Source: Utricularia gibba (Eukaryota > Plantae > Magnoliophyta). Taken from it: DNA of 64,000 nucleotides. Both the position numbers and the translations under genes were made by a program. The stretch is taken from assembly GCA_002189035.1 (NCBI GenBank), contig CM007989.1, positions 1,178,001 to 1,242,000 of the forward strand, in the 5' to 3' direction. This document shows, one piece after another, positions 12,954-25,891 of this stretch; within the stretch, counting starts at the first letter, position 1; every line of letters starts with the position of its first letter. The notes under the pieces are model-generated. The model was given only the letters and a program-made list of their open reading frames with translations. It had not been told where the DNA came from and made no database searches.

Positions 12954-13768
12954 TGTATATTTTCTGGTTAATTCACAATTTCCAAAAAAAAAAAACAAAA
13001 TTACATATTTGTGGTCAAGTGGATGTGCAGTATGATTAAAGAATAATGTACAAAATAAATAAATTTAATTCAAATTCCATGTGAAAATCCCTTTCCTTGA
13101 GTTGCACCATCAATCACATCATGACTATCAATCAATGTAGAGTAGTATGCCTGTTTTACAAAAATGGTCATCTTCGTTTATCCTTGAATACATTAGTTTC
13201 AAATTTGTCCAATTAAATTTCTTTTTTCCGCTGACCAGATTCATACAAAGTCAAACGACGAGACTCGGCTCGGCTAGCCACAGCCCAGGAGGGATTGATG
13301 ATTCATTCCCCGTGACGTATTCAAAAGTCAGTTTGACGCGGGTCGGGTTCAACCCGTGAAACGAGAGATCATCCTCGTTCTCCAGTGTAAGAAAAGCAAG
13401 TGGTGGTGGGACCCTGCGATGACTGTGTTAGAATGGAGTGGATGATTGAATCCGGCTCCCCTTTCGCATGTGCCCTGCCTCTTGAATGTTGGTTCGGCTT
13501 TTGTTCTGGTTGCCCTTTCGCTATTCAATATCATATTTTTTTTATTTTGATTACAATGATTGCCAATGATGCAGAAAGATGTCCATCGCACAAGTTTTCC
13601 TCAAGGCAATCTGGAGAGTTGTTTTCAAATTGCTCTCTGACCTGGTTTTGCATGTCTTTACATTCCCTGTTGTATGGGGATTCCAGTATACATCCTACAG
13701 ACAACTCAGATATGTATCCTATGAGAGTGAAGAGATGGGCTGTGCATGTCCAGGTTTAAGTTGGATCA

Positions 13769-14912
13769 CTAGAGATGCAACTTCAGACATTTGCTGGCTC
13801 TGATCAGGGTAGTGCATTGAGGGCACTTGAAGAGCTTGGCGAAGTCATTGTTGCACAGCCTCATGATGGTTGCCAAGCACAGAACATGCCCACATGGCAT
13901 TCGCGCCGGTGGATTTGATTCCGTTGCTTCCGCAAAAGTCACCGGGCACACGAAGCTCGAGTGGAACACGAATCTGTTATCTAAATCCACTGGGAAAGGC
14001 GCTTCTTGGGCATTCTGCCACTGTTTTCTTGGGAATTCTTTCAGTAGCCTCCAAAATGCTGGGAATTCATGACACCCAGCTTCGACTGTTACACTCAGAG
14101 GGCTGTCATAAGAGAGCCCTTTTAGGTTGCAGAACTGCCGCTTGAGCTCCCAAGCGAGTCTGTCGCTGTGTATAGAGGACAGCAACTCCGAGCGTGGAGA
14201 TAAATGAAGCTTTTTGGCCCACAAGATGAAAGACATGAACTTTTGGATTTCAGGCATATGCTTGCTCGCAAAAGGAGCAAAAGCTGATCTGGCATACTTG
14301 ATAGCTTCATCTACGCCCTTGTTCTTCAATACTTGCAGAAACTGGAGGCCATGAAGCTCCACAACGACGCTGGGAACAGTTTGCATCAGATGGTCATAAT
14401 TACATGTGACCCAAGTGAGTGCAGGCTCCATATTCTGCGATTCCATGCCTTCCAGGATTTGAAGAAGTTCTAAAAAGGTGTCCTTCGTGGCTACAGCCTC
14501 TGGTTCATTGGCCTCCCAGCAAAGCAGGCAACAGCGTCGAACTGACACTCCCGATACAAGTGGCTCGCAATGATGTGGTCTAGTATTCGAACATCGATTT
14601 CCACATCAGGAAAAGCTCTAGCAATCTTGGGAATGAAGCTCCTCTCAAGAAGTTTTTCATATCTAAGTGACGCTGTGTAGAAATCATAGTAGGAGATCTT
14701 AAGCTGCCTACGTGGATCCAGTGCTTTCAGTTTTTGATTAAGTGTGCTGAGGATCAAACTATGATCCAAAACAATATCAGATTCCTCCTCGGACTGTAGT
14801 ACTGATAACGCTTTCATCATTTCATCTTCCATCATTTGAAGAATATTCGCAGAGGTAAGTGCTCCCCTGTCCGTTACAAAGTTCAAATAGTCCCTAGGCT
14901 GCCAAAATCCAT
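13769..14912 (-). CDS. RMD5: RMD5/GID2 (RMND5) homologue, LisH/CTLH/CRA + degenerate RING; CDS intronless but broken by two 1-nt frameshifts (14892-14894, 14515-14517)
   Basis: Reconstructed MDFGSL(R/G)DYLNFVT...IIASHLYRECQFDAVACFA(G)EANEP...SPLSVTVEAG...FVFHSSFVCPV...NPPARMPCGHVLC...FKCPQC...CLKLHL* follows the recalled plant RMD5 end to end; could alternatively be a pseudogene. Confidence 0.8.
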
Positions 14913-15773
14913 CACTGAGTTCTGCAATATCAACTGAAGTAGCAGCTCGTGGAAATGGCTAGCCCATTATACGCATGATAAAGGAAGCCCATGTAAGGTT
15001 GCTGTACCAAAGCAAAGCACACAAATATAGAATATCTGATCTCTACTTAAGCCTCACAAGATTACACCTTCAAATAAAAAAAAATGTCAGCTCATGGAAT
15101 CAAAAGCAAGTGAGAAGCATCAAAAGCGAGAATCTTATAGAAGTAACATGAACCGTAATGAGAGATTAGTAAATAATCATTTACAGTTGGTATTACCAAA
15201 TCATCAATCACCCATCACTTTTCTTTATGAAGTTTGGTAGGAAACGCGATGGGCACAAGACTAAAAGGGAAGAACATGCATCAAGAACATTCAAGAAGAC
15301 AATGCCAATGTTATGCTAATGTGAATATACAGAAACGAAAAGGGACGACTGCAATCAATGAACTCCTCAACTTATCAGTACTCAAAAGCATCAAGATCAA
15401 CGAAGAAGTCCAAAAAAATGTAATGAGAATTTCAGAACGAAGAACAAACGAGAAAAATCTAAATCAAGCAGTAAGCAGTAATTTTTTAAATTAAAAAATA
15501 TCTTACAGTGTGAGGCGTTTCGCATCCAGGATTATGGAAGAAGACGAATCAAGAAAAAGAAGCAGAAAATGCGCTTGGCTGAAGGGCAATGGAGTGAATT
15601 GAGAGAGGAAGATTTTGTAAAGGGAAAGTCGCCTTTCCTTAATGGGCTGAGTTTATACTGGCCCACATAGAAGAAAGTACTTTGAGGCCTACGGCCCAAT
15701 TTTTTTCGAAATAAATTTTCTCGCTGAATCCGATTTTTCGCTCGCAAAATTCCCCCAAATCCTAGAACCCTAA

Positions 15774-16917
<1,144 letters not shown>

Positions 16918-17190
16918 TTTTCTAGAGATGCGTTCTCAGACAATGAAAATGGTGCTGTTTTGCTGGAGATGCTTCTGGCTCCTGTAATCATGCCCTTCAT
17001 CTAACTATGTTATGAACACTGTTTGGATCATGCTGGATTTGTTTTCATGCAGATTCTACTATTTAGAAAAGATAACAATTTCCATTAGCCTAGACACAAC
17101 AACCCTAATGATATGCATCCGAATTCGAAAGATAAACGTAATGCCCCATGAAGAACTTGACAGAATTCCAGCATCATCAAACTACTCCTC

Positions 17191-17614
17191 TCAGGTCTCT
17201 CCCGCTTGAAGAACCTGCCAGAGCGTGGTCGCGACCTCTCGCACAGTCATATTGAACTCGATCTCCATCTGCAGAAACAGTTGGAAGAACACAATGCTAA
17301 TGTTATTACCATGACTTCACTCAGTTCAACCTAAAGTAAACAACCTCAGCAATGAGAGTGATGTCAAGTGCAGAGTTCCCAAATGGGGTGACGTTGGTGT
17401 TCACAACCACCATGTTCAAGCTCTCCACTTTGCTGAGCATCCTCGCGAGAATGCCCTTCTGTTTCCCACAGTGAACTCTTATAAGAATGTTGTCGTTCAT
17501 GGCTCTGGCCTCAATCTCCGGCATCGTCTCCTCCGCGCTGCCCGCCTTCTCCCCCGTAGAACCCTCCCCCTTCATTACGATCTTCGACTTCCGAATGACG
17601 ACACTGGACTCCAT
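17191..17614 (-). CDS. ACT-like-domain-only protein (115 aa) derived from a group IVa bHLH, lacking the bHLH; exons 17614-17345, 17268-17191
   Basis: MESSVVIRKSKIV...PEIEAR...LIRVHCGKQKGIL...VVNTNVTPFGNSALDITLIAE|MEIEFNMTVREVATTLWQVLQAGET*; same phase-0 intron as the neighbouring bHLH; in-frame TAA upstream and TATAAAA at 17679-17673. Confidence 0.75.
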
Positions 17615-19210
17615 CCTACTGCAGATGCTCCTCCCTCTTAGTCTTCTTCCCCGCACCGGTGGAGGTTGCTGGTTTTATACACACAGGTTTACGCATTTCA
17701 GGAAGTTTGCCTCCTCTGCTTTCCACTAGCTACTGCTCACATGAGAAAAAAGGTGAGAGCATGTGGGAATCGGGTTCCTTTCCTTCTTGAAGCCATGCCC
17801 AAAGAATGTAACACGAGGACACACATTTTTGCCCCAAAGTAAACACTCCACACTTGGTTTTATGCCCGTTAATTACTATTAATACTGCAAGTTTTTATTA
17901 CAGTTATTACATCCGTTAATGATTTAGTTACCGTAAAAAAAAGGAGGAGACGATATTTGATTTTTTTTCAATATTTGTATATTTTCTTCGAAAATTCTTA
18001 CTTTTAGCAATTAAATATTGACATATTTTGGACCACAGTGAGCCTACGCTTTACTTGCAGGATAAATATGCTTTTAAAAGTAAGGTTTTGTTTGAAATAT
18101 TTTATCTTTCTGAAAAAGTGATATATAAATAATTTTATTATTGAATAATACAAGTTTTTTATTAAAAAAATAAAAGCAGTTATTATTTTCAAAAAATTAT
18201 AAAAATTCAATTATTTTATTCCTCATAAAATATTTTTCGAGAGACGGAATCAAACAACGTCTCAAAATTAATCAAATAGTGAACATTCAAAGCATAAATA
18301 ACTATGAAATTGTTCTTTGGTTAGCCTAATTAACTTAAAATTATTAAAGTAGGATTTAACTAAAATTAATATAATAATTTAGTATTTTCTCTATAGAAAT
18401 GATAAATAAATTTTCCCAACTTCAATAGCCTTGTTTATGAAGGTGGTGTTTATCAAGATCGAATAATGTTGTTTATGAGATTTAAAAAATAGTAGAACTT
18501 AATTAAATAATTAAATTTTAAAATTTGATTATTCAATAAAAATATAGTGCATAATTTTAAATAATACCATATTGTTTAAAATAAAGAAAACCAACTTGGG
18601 AGGTGAGCCCTCGTGATTCTAAAATTTAAATTAGAATTTTATTTTAAATTGTTTGAAATTAGAAATAAAAGTTTGGAAGGACCAAATTATTCAATTTACC
18701 ACCTTCATGGTGCCTAGGTTTTATAGGGGTATAGGTGTAAATTGACAGGAGTGGAATTTCTGGGAAAATAATAATAAAATCTATATTAATTCCATTTTTT
18801 AATACAAAACGTGACAGTAAGCTTTGATTTTGATTTTTTTTAAGGTGCGAAAAATATTATGGGATCCGACTCCGAAAGTAGGGCGGGCCCTACCATGATT
18901 TCCGGTCGACGGCGCGGATAAGACGGCGGTTTAGCACGGCCGGCGCGGTTACTTTAATAAATGTTTTATCACTGCCCGTATGTAAACCTTTAGTTCTTTT
19001 TCGTGAGATGTGTGTCTTTATATAAAGAAGCGAAAAAAAAGGGAATGTTTTTCTTCACACGGCGCCAATTAGTGTCAATATTTCGTCTCTGTTCAGGGAT
19101 AGCTGTCTTCCCGGTGAGCTCCTTGAGTCTGAGCTGGAGGACGGTGCTTTTTTTCTGATTGCATGCATGACTGGGTGGTGTTTGTTGTGGCTTTCTTAGG
19201 TTTGCGGAGC

Positions 19211-20480
19211 ATGTATCCTGAAAATTTGAGTGATTTTATGGATTCCCTGTACGACGAAGACCTCGACGCGGCGGCGTTCGGGCAAGACATACACAATTAC
19301 TTGTCTCATCCAGGCAATTCTGTGATCAGCAGCACTACCGGAAGCAGCTCGATTGCTTCATGGTTTGGTTCCCCCGTGGTGGATGATCCCACCAAACATT
19401 GCATCATCCCGCCTGAGTTTGCGTTTGCCGGTGCACCGGAAAACCCCCTCAGGTAGTCTGGAACACTTGAATTCGGCATTGGTTGATTTTGGAATCTGAT
19501 TGTGGTTGGTTTAGGGGGGTATACTTCCAATCAACACCGAGAATCCGGCACAAGCTTATGAAGATGGGGGTTTCGAAGAAGCCCCGAGTCTGCCAAAGAG
19601 ACGAACCCGGACGCGGCCGCCGTCACAAACCCACGCCCACATCATGGCAGAGAGGCGGCGACGCGAGCAGCTCAGCCAGCTCTTCATCGCCCTCTCGGCC
19701 CTCATCCCCGGCCTTAAAAAGGTACAAAGTGTTAAGTTGATAAAGGTTTTCTGTTACCAAGATGATGAATAGTGTGGTGGGGCAAAAGGATCCTGGTAAC
19801 CATATCCATGTTTATCAGCCTCATTTTGAATCCATTTTACCGTAGATGCTACTGCTTTTCTCGTGAATTCGATCCCAAATCATACGCTCCAGAACATTTT
19901 TCATGGCAACCATACCATGTACACAGATAAATGTTCAAGCCTCCAATCTCACATTTGTCTTGTTTTAGATGGACAAAAGTTCGGTTCTTGAGGATGCCAT
20001 AAAGCACATGAAGCAGCTGCAGGAGAGGGTTAAGAAGCTAGAGGAGATGGCTGAAAGACGATCCATGGAGTCCGTGATCATCGTGAAGAGGTCTCAAATA
20101 GTGGTAGGCGATGAAGAAGAGAACGGGGATGAAAACAATGGAGTCGAGGAGCGAACACTCCCGGAGATCGAAGCTCGAGTGTGTGACAACCGCATGTTGC
20201 TCCGGGTGCAATGTGAGAAACACAAAGGGATCCTCGCCAACCTCCTCTCCAAGATCGAAAGCCTCGGAGTAATCGTCGTGAATACGAACGCTACTCCGTT
20301 CGGAGACATCGCCCTCGACATCACCATCGTAGCCGAGGTAAAGCAACACATCAACAACATTTTGAACCACATTATGATATGTGAATAGGGTTTTCATTGT
20401 TTCTCGTTTTTCAGGTGGAGAAAGAGCTCAACTTGACCGCAAGCCAAGTTGTCGCGGTGGTTCGAGAAGCTCTCCGGTGA
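19211..20480 (+). CDS. Group IVa bHLH transcription factor (bHLH18/19/20/25-like) with C-terminal ACT-like domain; exons about 19211-19452, 19515-19721, 19969-20337, 20415-20480; first junction needs a 1-nt correction
   Basis: Basic region RPPSQTHAHIMAERRRREQLSQLFIALSALIPGLKK|MDKSSVLEDAIKHMKQLQERVKKLEE, then LPEIEARV...ALDITIVAE|VEKEL; the start codon and exon 1 are less certain. Confidence 0.88.
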
Positions 20481-21475
20481 GCTCTCCACAGAAAGATTCA
20501 AGCTTTGATACTGATTTCAGAATGTACACGACCCCAATTCTCAAGGAGTGCTCCGTTCACAACAGAGAATTGAAAATGTATGCTATCCAACACAACAAAA
20601 TAACAATGATATTGTATACCTTATTAATGCCACACTGCATGCACTAAACACAATCTTACGTGTGATGTTTCATGATTCGAATTACAAATCCCCCTAGAAA
20701 GCTCTTGCAGCTGCTCCTTCAGACTACTGTCCTCCCAAAGTTCACCCTCTCGAGCTACTTACGGATCGATTTTGCGATTGAGCATTGATACATCCAGGTT
20801 TACTTAGTTCGTTTTTGAATCTTCTTCGATTGAGTAGGGAAAAAGGGTGTGAATATGATATGTCAAGAGTAGCGAGGCACCCGTGGGGGAGAAAGGGATG
20901 ATCCCGAGAGGAAGGTGGCATGGAGTTTGGCTAAGCGTGTTTTGCATGCACGCTTCATGGTCTATAAAGTTCCTACCTTTTTCCTCCATTCGAAGAGAAA
21001 ACGCTTTTTCAACGATGTCCTACAGTGCCCCTAAAGTCTCTCTTTTTATCTTGGGAACCCCAAAAAAGGAACAAAATGAAATAGGAATGATTGAAGACTT
21101 TGCTTGGGCATGATGGAGGCACAGTTGAAGGTCTATCTGGTTCTCATTTGCTTGGGCGTCTCATTTGTTTGTCTTTTCTTAGCTTTTATTACAAACAGAA
21201 ATGCCTTTTGTTAAAAACAAACTCAATTTCAATCTCAGAGTAGTGAAGACTTTATTTGAAGTTGTTCTTCATATCATTACATCATATGGAAAGTTGAAAC
21301 AAGAGAGGTTCATAGGGAAGGAAGATTCTGCACAGACTCGTCCTGAGTTGTTTCTTCTTTGTAGTATCTGCAGTTTCCCTGCAAATTTTCCAGGAAAATA
21401 TTATGATTTACACCAACATAGTCACAGTTTTAAGGTTTAGGGGATGTCCCTCATGTTCTTACACCACTGTCGTCC

Positions 21476-23470
21476 TCATTTCCTCACAAATGAGACGCCC
21501 TTGTGAATGGATCGGGCCAGTTCTTCCTTTGCCTTCTCCAAGCCGATCCTATGGAAAAACGACACCAAAGGAGATGATGTTGCGAAGAGAGATTTGGTCA
21601 GGAAAAATGCTGGCTTCTGGTTAAGAACCTTTCATGTTCATTCAGTGGGCCAAGTTGATAGATCTCTTCGACACCATTACGCCCAAGGCGAACTCTTGAT
21701 GCGAAGAATGGAATGTCTGTTACCTGATGGACAGCATTTTCTGAATCGCACAAGATGGAGTTTTTTCCAATGTATATGATCAAGTGAATAGAAGAGAAAG
21801 GGTGCCTGAGAGGCCACGAATGCGCATTCAACGATCCCTGCGTCTCCTCTCAGTCCTCTCAAGCAAGCATCAGCAAATTTTGCCGCAGCATAAGCCTGTC
21901 TCCATTTTGAAAGCATATGAAAAGTGCCGTAATTTGTGTTATATGATGAGATTTGTTTATGGAAGATGCGATCAGGATACCATGGAAAGGGTTGCAGAAC
22001 CAGTTCCAGCCTTTGCCTGGATCGAGACAAGAAAATCTCTGATCAATCATAAGGGAATGTGGGAAAAATGTGAAGAGTTACCTAGGGAACAGTTTCAACC
22101 TCAACGACTTCAGTACCACCATTCTGAATTCGAGATGTCAGATATTCAATCTCTTCTTTGGTAAAGGAACAAGAAGGCTTAGCCTACGATTCTTGAAAAT
22201 TAGCAAAAACCAGTTGATAAAAACGTAGCAAGTAGTAACAAAAATGGGATTAACTCAACCTGAGATAGAAGGGGTAATATAGTTATACCAGCATGGCCAC
22301 CAACAACGGGCACAAACACTTCCCGTGGATCTAACGCCAAGACTTCAGCCTTGATGTCAAGAAGAGGAAGAAAATATCAAATAAAAAGCCAAAAAAAAAA
22401 AGTAACAGAGAAAAGCTTTGTATTTCTGTGGGGTTCTTTACCACAAATGTATTAGCTCTGACTACATCAAGCATGGTGACTCCTAGAAGTCGTCTAGGAT
22501 CATACACACCAGAAATTTTGAAAACCTCGGCCGCAATTGGAACAGTAGAATTTACAGGATTACTTATTATGTTGACAATTGCCTTGGGGCAGCACTTGGC
22601 AATACCTTCACAAAGAGTCTTGACTATTCCTGCATTGATATTGAAAAGGTCATCCCTCGACATTCCAGGTTTCCTGGGGATGCCGGCTGGGATAATAACA
22701 AGATCCATGCCAGTAAGCGCCTCCTCTAGTTGCTGTTGACCCAGAAAGCCACGAACCTAGAAATCAAACTATTTCATGTTATGAACCCATCAATATTATT
22801 TCAGGCATCAAAATTCTCCAGTCTGAAAACACTTCTATCTTGTGAATTTGTATATCTTATCTTCACTCAACAGTGCAGGCAATCAGAACTTACAAGGATC
22901 AAAGTGTCACGGAAAACAGTAACCGAGACATCTATTACTTTTATCAAATACTCTTGTAAATTCATATAAGAAGAAAATGATATGCATTCAGTCGAAAGGA
23001 AAAACAGAGGTATTGATTAATAAAAGCATACCACAGCTCCAGTATCCATGTGGCTTATATCCGCAGTTACGCCCGGTGTGTTAACTACATCATAAAGATG
23101 AAGTACTGAAACTAATGGATTCATCTTCATCAGCATCGCCAAAGGCTGGCCTATTCCACCAGCTGCCCCAGTATCGCCACATTGAAACCTGGGGAACCCC
23201 CCTTCGCCCGACAATCCGAACGCCATAAACTTGAATAACCTCCCACCTGCGTCATAAAATCACAAATAACATCAAATACTACACTAGACACAGCACCGAT
23301 GAAGTACAAAGCCGGGGGCTTTATAATCCTCATGCCCACAAGTCCACACCCTTCACCGAGACACACTATGAAATCAAACCATCCAACGATCAAAAACCCA
23401 CCGAGGAATCATTCAGGGCAGGCTTCACGTGAGCCAAAATACGCGAAATACGCCCAAGATGCTTCTGCAT
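21476..23470 (-). CDS. PMDH: Peroxisomal/glyoxysomal NAD-malate dehydrogenase; 8 exons (first 23470-23402, 23246-23032, 22756-22442, 22349-22260; last ends 21476); 1-nt frameshift at 23166-23169; one GC-AG intron
   Basis: PTS2-like [21 protein letters not shown](G)[54 protein letters not shown]|[12 protein letters not shown]|AYAA, end [11 protein letters not shown]. Confidence 0.95.
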
Positions 23471-24722
23471 GTCCACGAATGAAATCAATTCAAACCCACA
23501 TTCACAAAAAACCTCAGTGAATCATCATAAAAACCCACCTGCAATCAATCCTTATCGCCAAACTGCTCCTTGGAATGCGTTCCAACGTTCTTTTCTACGA
23601 TCATCGCCACATTAAACATATCGGGCTGGAAAGAGGTTCAAGCCCAGGCCCATTACCAGTTCCTTATTCCATTTTTTAATATAGTTATAAATTTAAAATC
23701 ATTATTTTTAATTTAATATAATTCACGTATTTTAATATGAAAAATATATTAGATCCTTATGAATTTATACTCAATTTATGTGGCTCTATCTCATATTAAA
23801 ATATGAAGATATTAATAAACGATATCAATGGTTGATAGTAATATATTTTTGTGATATGAACGTTATGAAGAAATAAAATAATAATAATTGAAAAATATTT
23901 ATCATATATATTAATGAATGCATTACTATCACATTAATTTTTAAATATATTATGTGATGTGATAAATGAATATATAACTATCGAATCAAATTGCAATAAA
24001 ATGTGCAAAAAAACATAATTATAGCATCATTGGATATTATAAAAAATGTAGGGCAAAAAATGTGAATTAAAAATTTTAAAACAAAAATGAAATGTTTTGT
24101 CCTTTTCAGCTAAAGTGGATATTCATATAAAATGAAAAAAGAAAAAAACAAATGATGTAAAAATAAAGGGAAAAAAAGTAAAAATAATCCCACCCGTACG
24201 ATTAAATGCGTGGTCACGCCTCCAGTTCAAAATTTCAAACGCTTAAATTATTTAAATTATTATAAAGTGGATATTTAAATTATAATTTATGACTATTATT
24301 CAAATACATTATTTTCAAATTTCAAATTATTAACATGATTATTATTCATAATGTTTTTTTTTGTAAAAGGAAAATTTTATTGTTGTTGACTTTGACCCGA
24401 AATAAAAAATTATTTTGGAGATATAAATGCATGAACAAGTAGAAGTCAACTTGGAAAGTAAGATTGTTATATTCCATTTTGGTTTTTTTTTTTTTTGAAT
24501 GGCAGGAAGTTATATTTCATCTTGTTTGCGTAACTAACCGCCGTTAAAATCTCCTACAGGTGCGGTCAAAGGGTTGCAATTCAGGTACAACAGAATCCCA
24601 ACTGATTGTTGACAATGGAGGAACGACAGGAGAACGAACTTCTTAGAATCTGGTCAGGTTGAAGTACGCATTTCTGCTTCCAAGTTTCGATCTTGATCGT
24701 GTTTCTTGGTGAGCTTGCGGCT

Positions 24723-25718
24723 ATGGCGAACCAGAGCCGGAGCAACAAATCACGGGTTTGCTTCTCGTACGCTGCCTACGCCAAGAATTTGGTTGCTTAT
24801 CTACGTTCGTTGAGTATTTCGGTTGAAGTCGGGTTATCCGAGGAGGAGGTCGCCGCCGTGGAGGGTGCATTTGGGTTCGCATTTCCGCCCGACCTCCGGT
24901 GTATACTTCAAGAAGGTTTGCCTCTGGGGCCTGGATTTCCGAATTGGCGTTCTTCGTCAAAGGAGCAGCTTGAGATACAGATGAATCTGCCCATCTTGGG
25001 AATTTGCAGAAGGGTGTCGAGAAATATGTTCTGGGTTGATTCCTGGGGTAGGAGACCTGATGATGCTGATCAAGCAGCAACATTGGCTGAACAGTTTTTG
25101 AGGAAATCGCCGATACTAGTGCCGATTTTTCGGCATTTCTACATCCCCACTCTCCCCTGCGCTGCAGGGAACCCTGTTTTTCATGTGCACGGTGGGGTGG
25201 TTAGGCTGTGGAGCTTCGACATCGGAGGCTTTTTTCACGAGATTGAATTCAGAGAAAGTGGTAAGAGTGAAGGTGCAGTTTCTAGGAAGATAAGAGCGAG
25301 CGAGGAACATGATTTCCCAGCACCACCGTGGGTGGCGACGGTGGATCGCAGAGTGGAGTTCTGGACTGATGTGGCGGAGAGGAGAGAGAACACGGCAGCA
25401 GTTGGGGAGTGGGCAGGGGAACTCAGTGGCTTGCTGGAAGATATGTCACGGAGGCTGAGGGAGGGAGGTTGGAAGGAGAAGGACGTGAGGGAGATGATGA
25501 TGGACGACAGCGATGACACTGTTTATGAGGATAGCGGTGTCTGTATGTCACTTGATGCCGAGCCCTTAGGTTGGCGCTTTAGGAAGATGCACGGCAGATT
25601 AATGCATGCCGGCTGGCGCCGGGAAGACGTCGTCGACTCTCTTGGATTTTCGTTTGATTTTCACAGAGAAAAGAAGGGCGATAACAGTAGCAGCAGCAGC
25701 AGCCGCAGCAGCTTGTAA
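24723..25718 (+). CDS. Uncharacterised plant Knr4/Smi1-like protein, intronless
   Basis: CFSYAAYAKNLVAYL...GLSEEEVAAVEGAFGFAFPPDLRCILQEGLPLGPGFPNWRSSS...PILVPIFRHFYIP...AGNPVFHV matches the recalled plant SMI1/KNR4-like family; first ATG at 24723. Confidence 0.82.
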   Translation: MANQSRSNKSRVCFSYAAYAKNLVAYLRSLSISVEVGLSEEEVAAVEGAFGFAFPPDLRCILQEGLPLGPGFPNWRSSSKEQLEIQMNLPILGICRRVSRNMFWVDSWGRRPDDADQAATLAEQFLRKSPILVPIFRHFYIPTLPCAAGNPVFHVHGGVVRLWSFDIGGFFHEIEFRESGKSEGAVSRKIRASEEHDFPAPPWVATVDRRVEFWTDVAERRENTAAVGEWAGELSGLLEDMSRRLREGGWKEKDVREMMMDDSDDTVYEDSGVCMSLDAEPLGWRFRKMHGRLMHAGWRREDVVDSLGFSFDFHREKKGDNSSSSSSRSSL

Positions 25719-25891
25719 ATTTTAATGGTTTTGTAAATGCAATACGAACTTCACACAAAAGACGACTTTTACAGATGATTTCCAGGATAAAGAATGATAC
25801 GCTTTTGAATCCAATAAGTGGAACTTCATCATTGTTGCTCTCTTAGATTTTCTTATCTGTAAGCTCATTTTCTTATCCCATTTTTTCTCCA

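Noticed and set aside
17169-17180. miR172 target-like CAGCATCATCAA
   Set aside because: The part pairing with the miRNA 5' seed (GATTCT) is missing
21507-22164. Plus-strand ORFs of 90 and 126 aa
   Set aside because: They are antisense shadows of PMDH exons 5-8 with no recognisable motif
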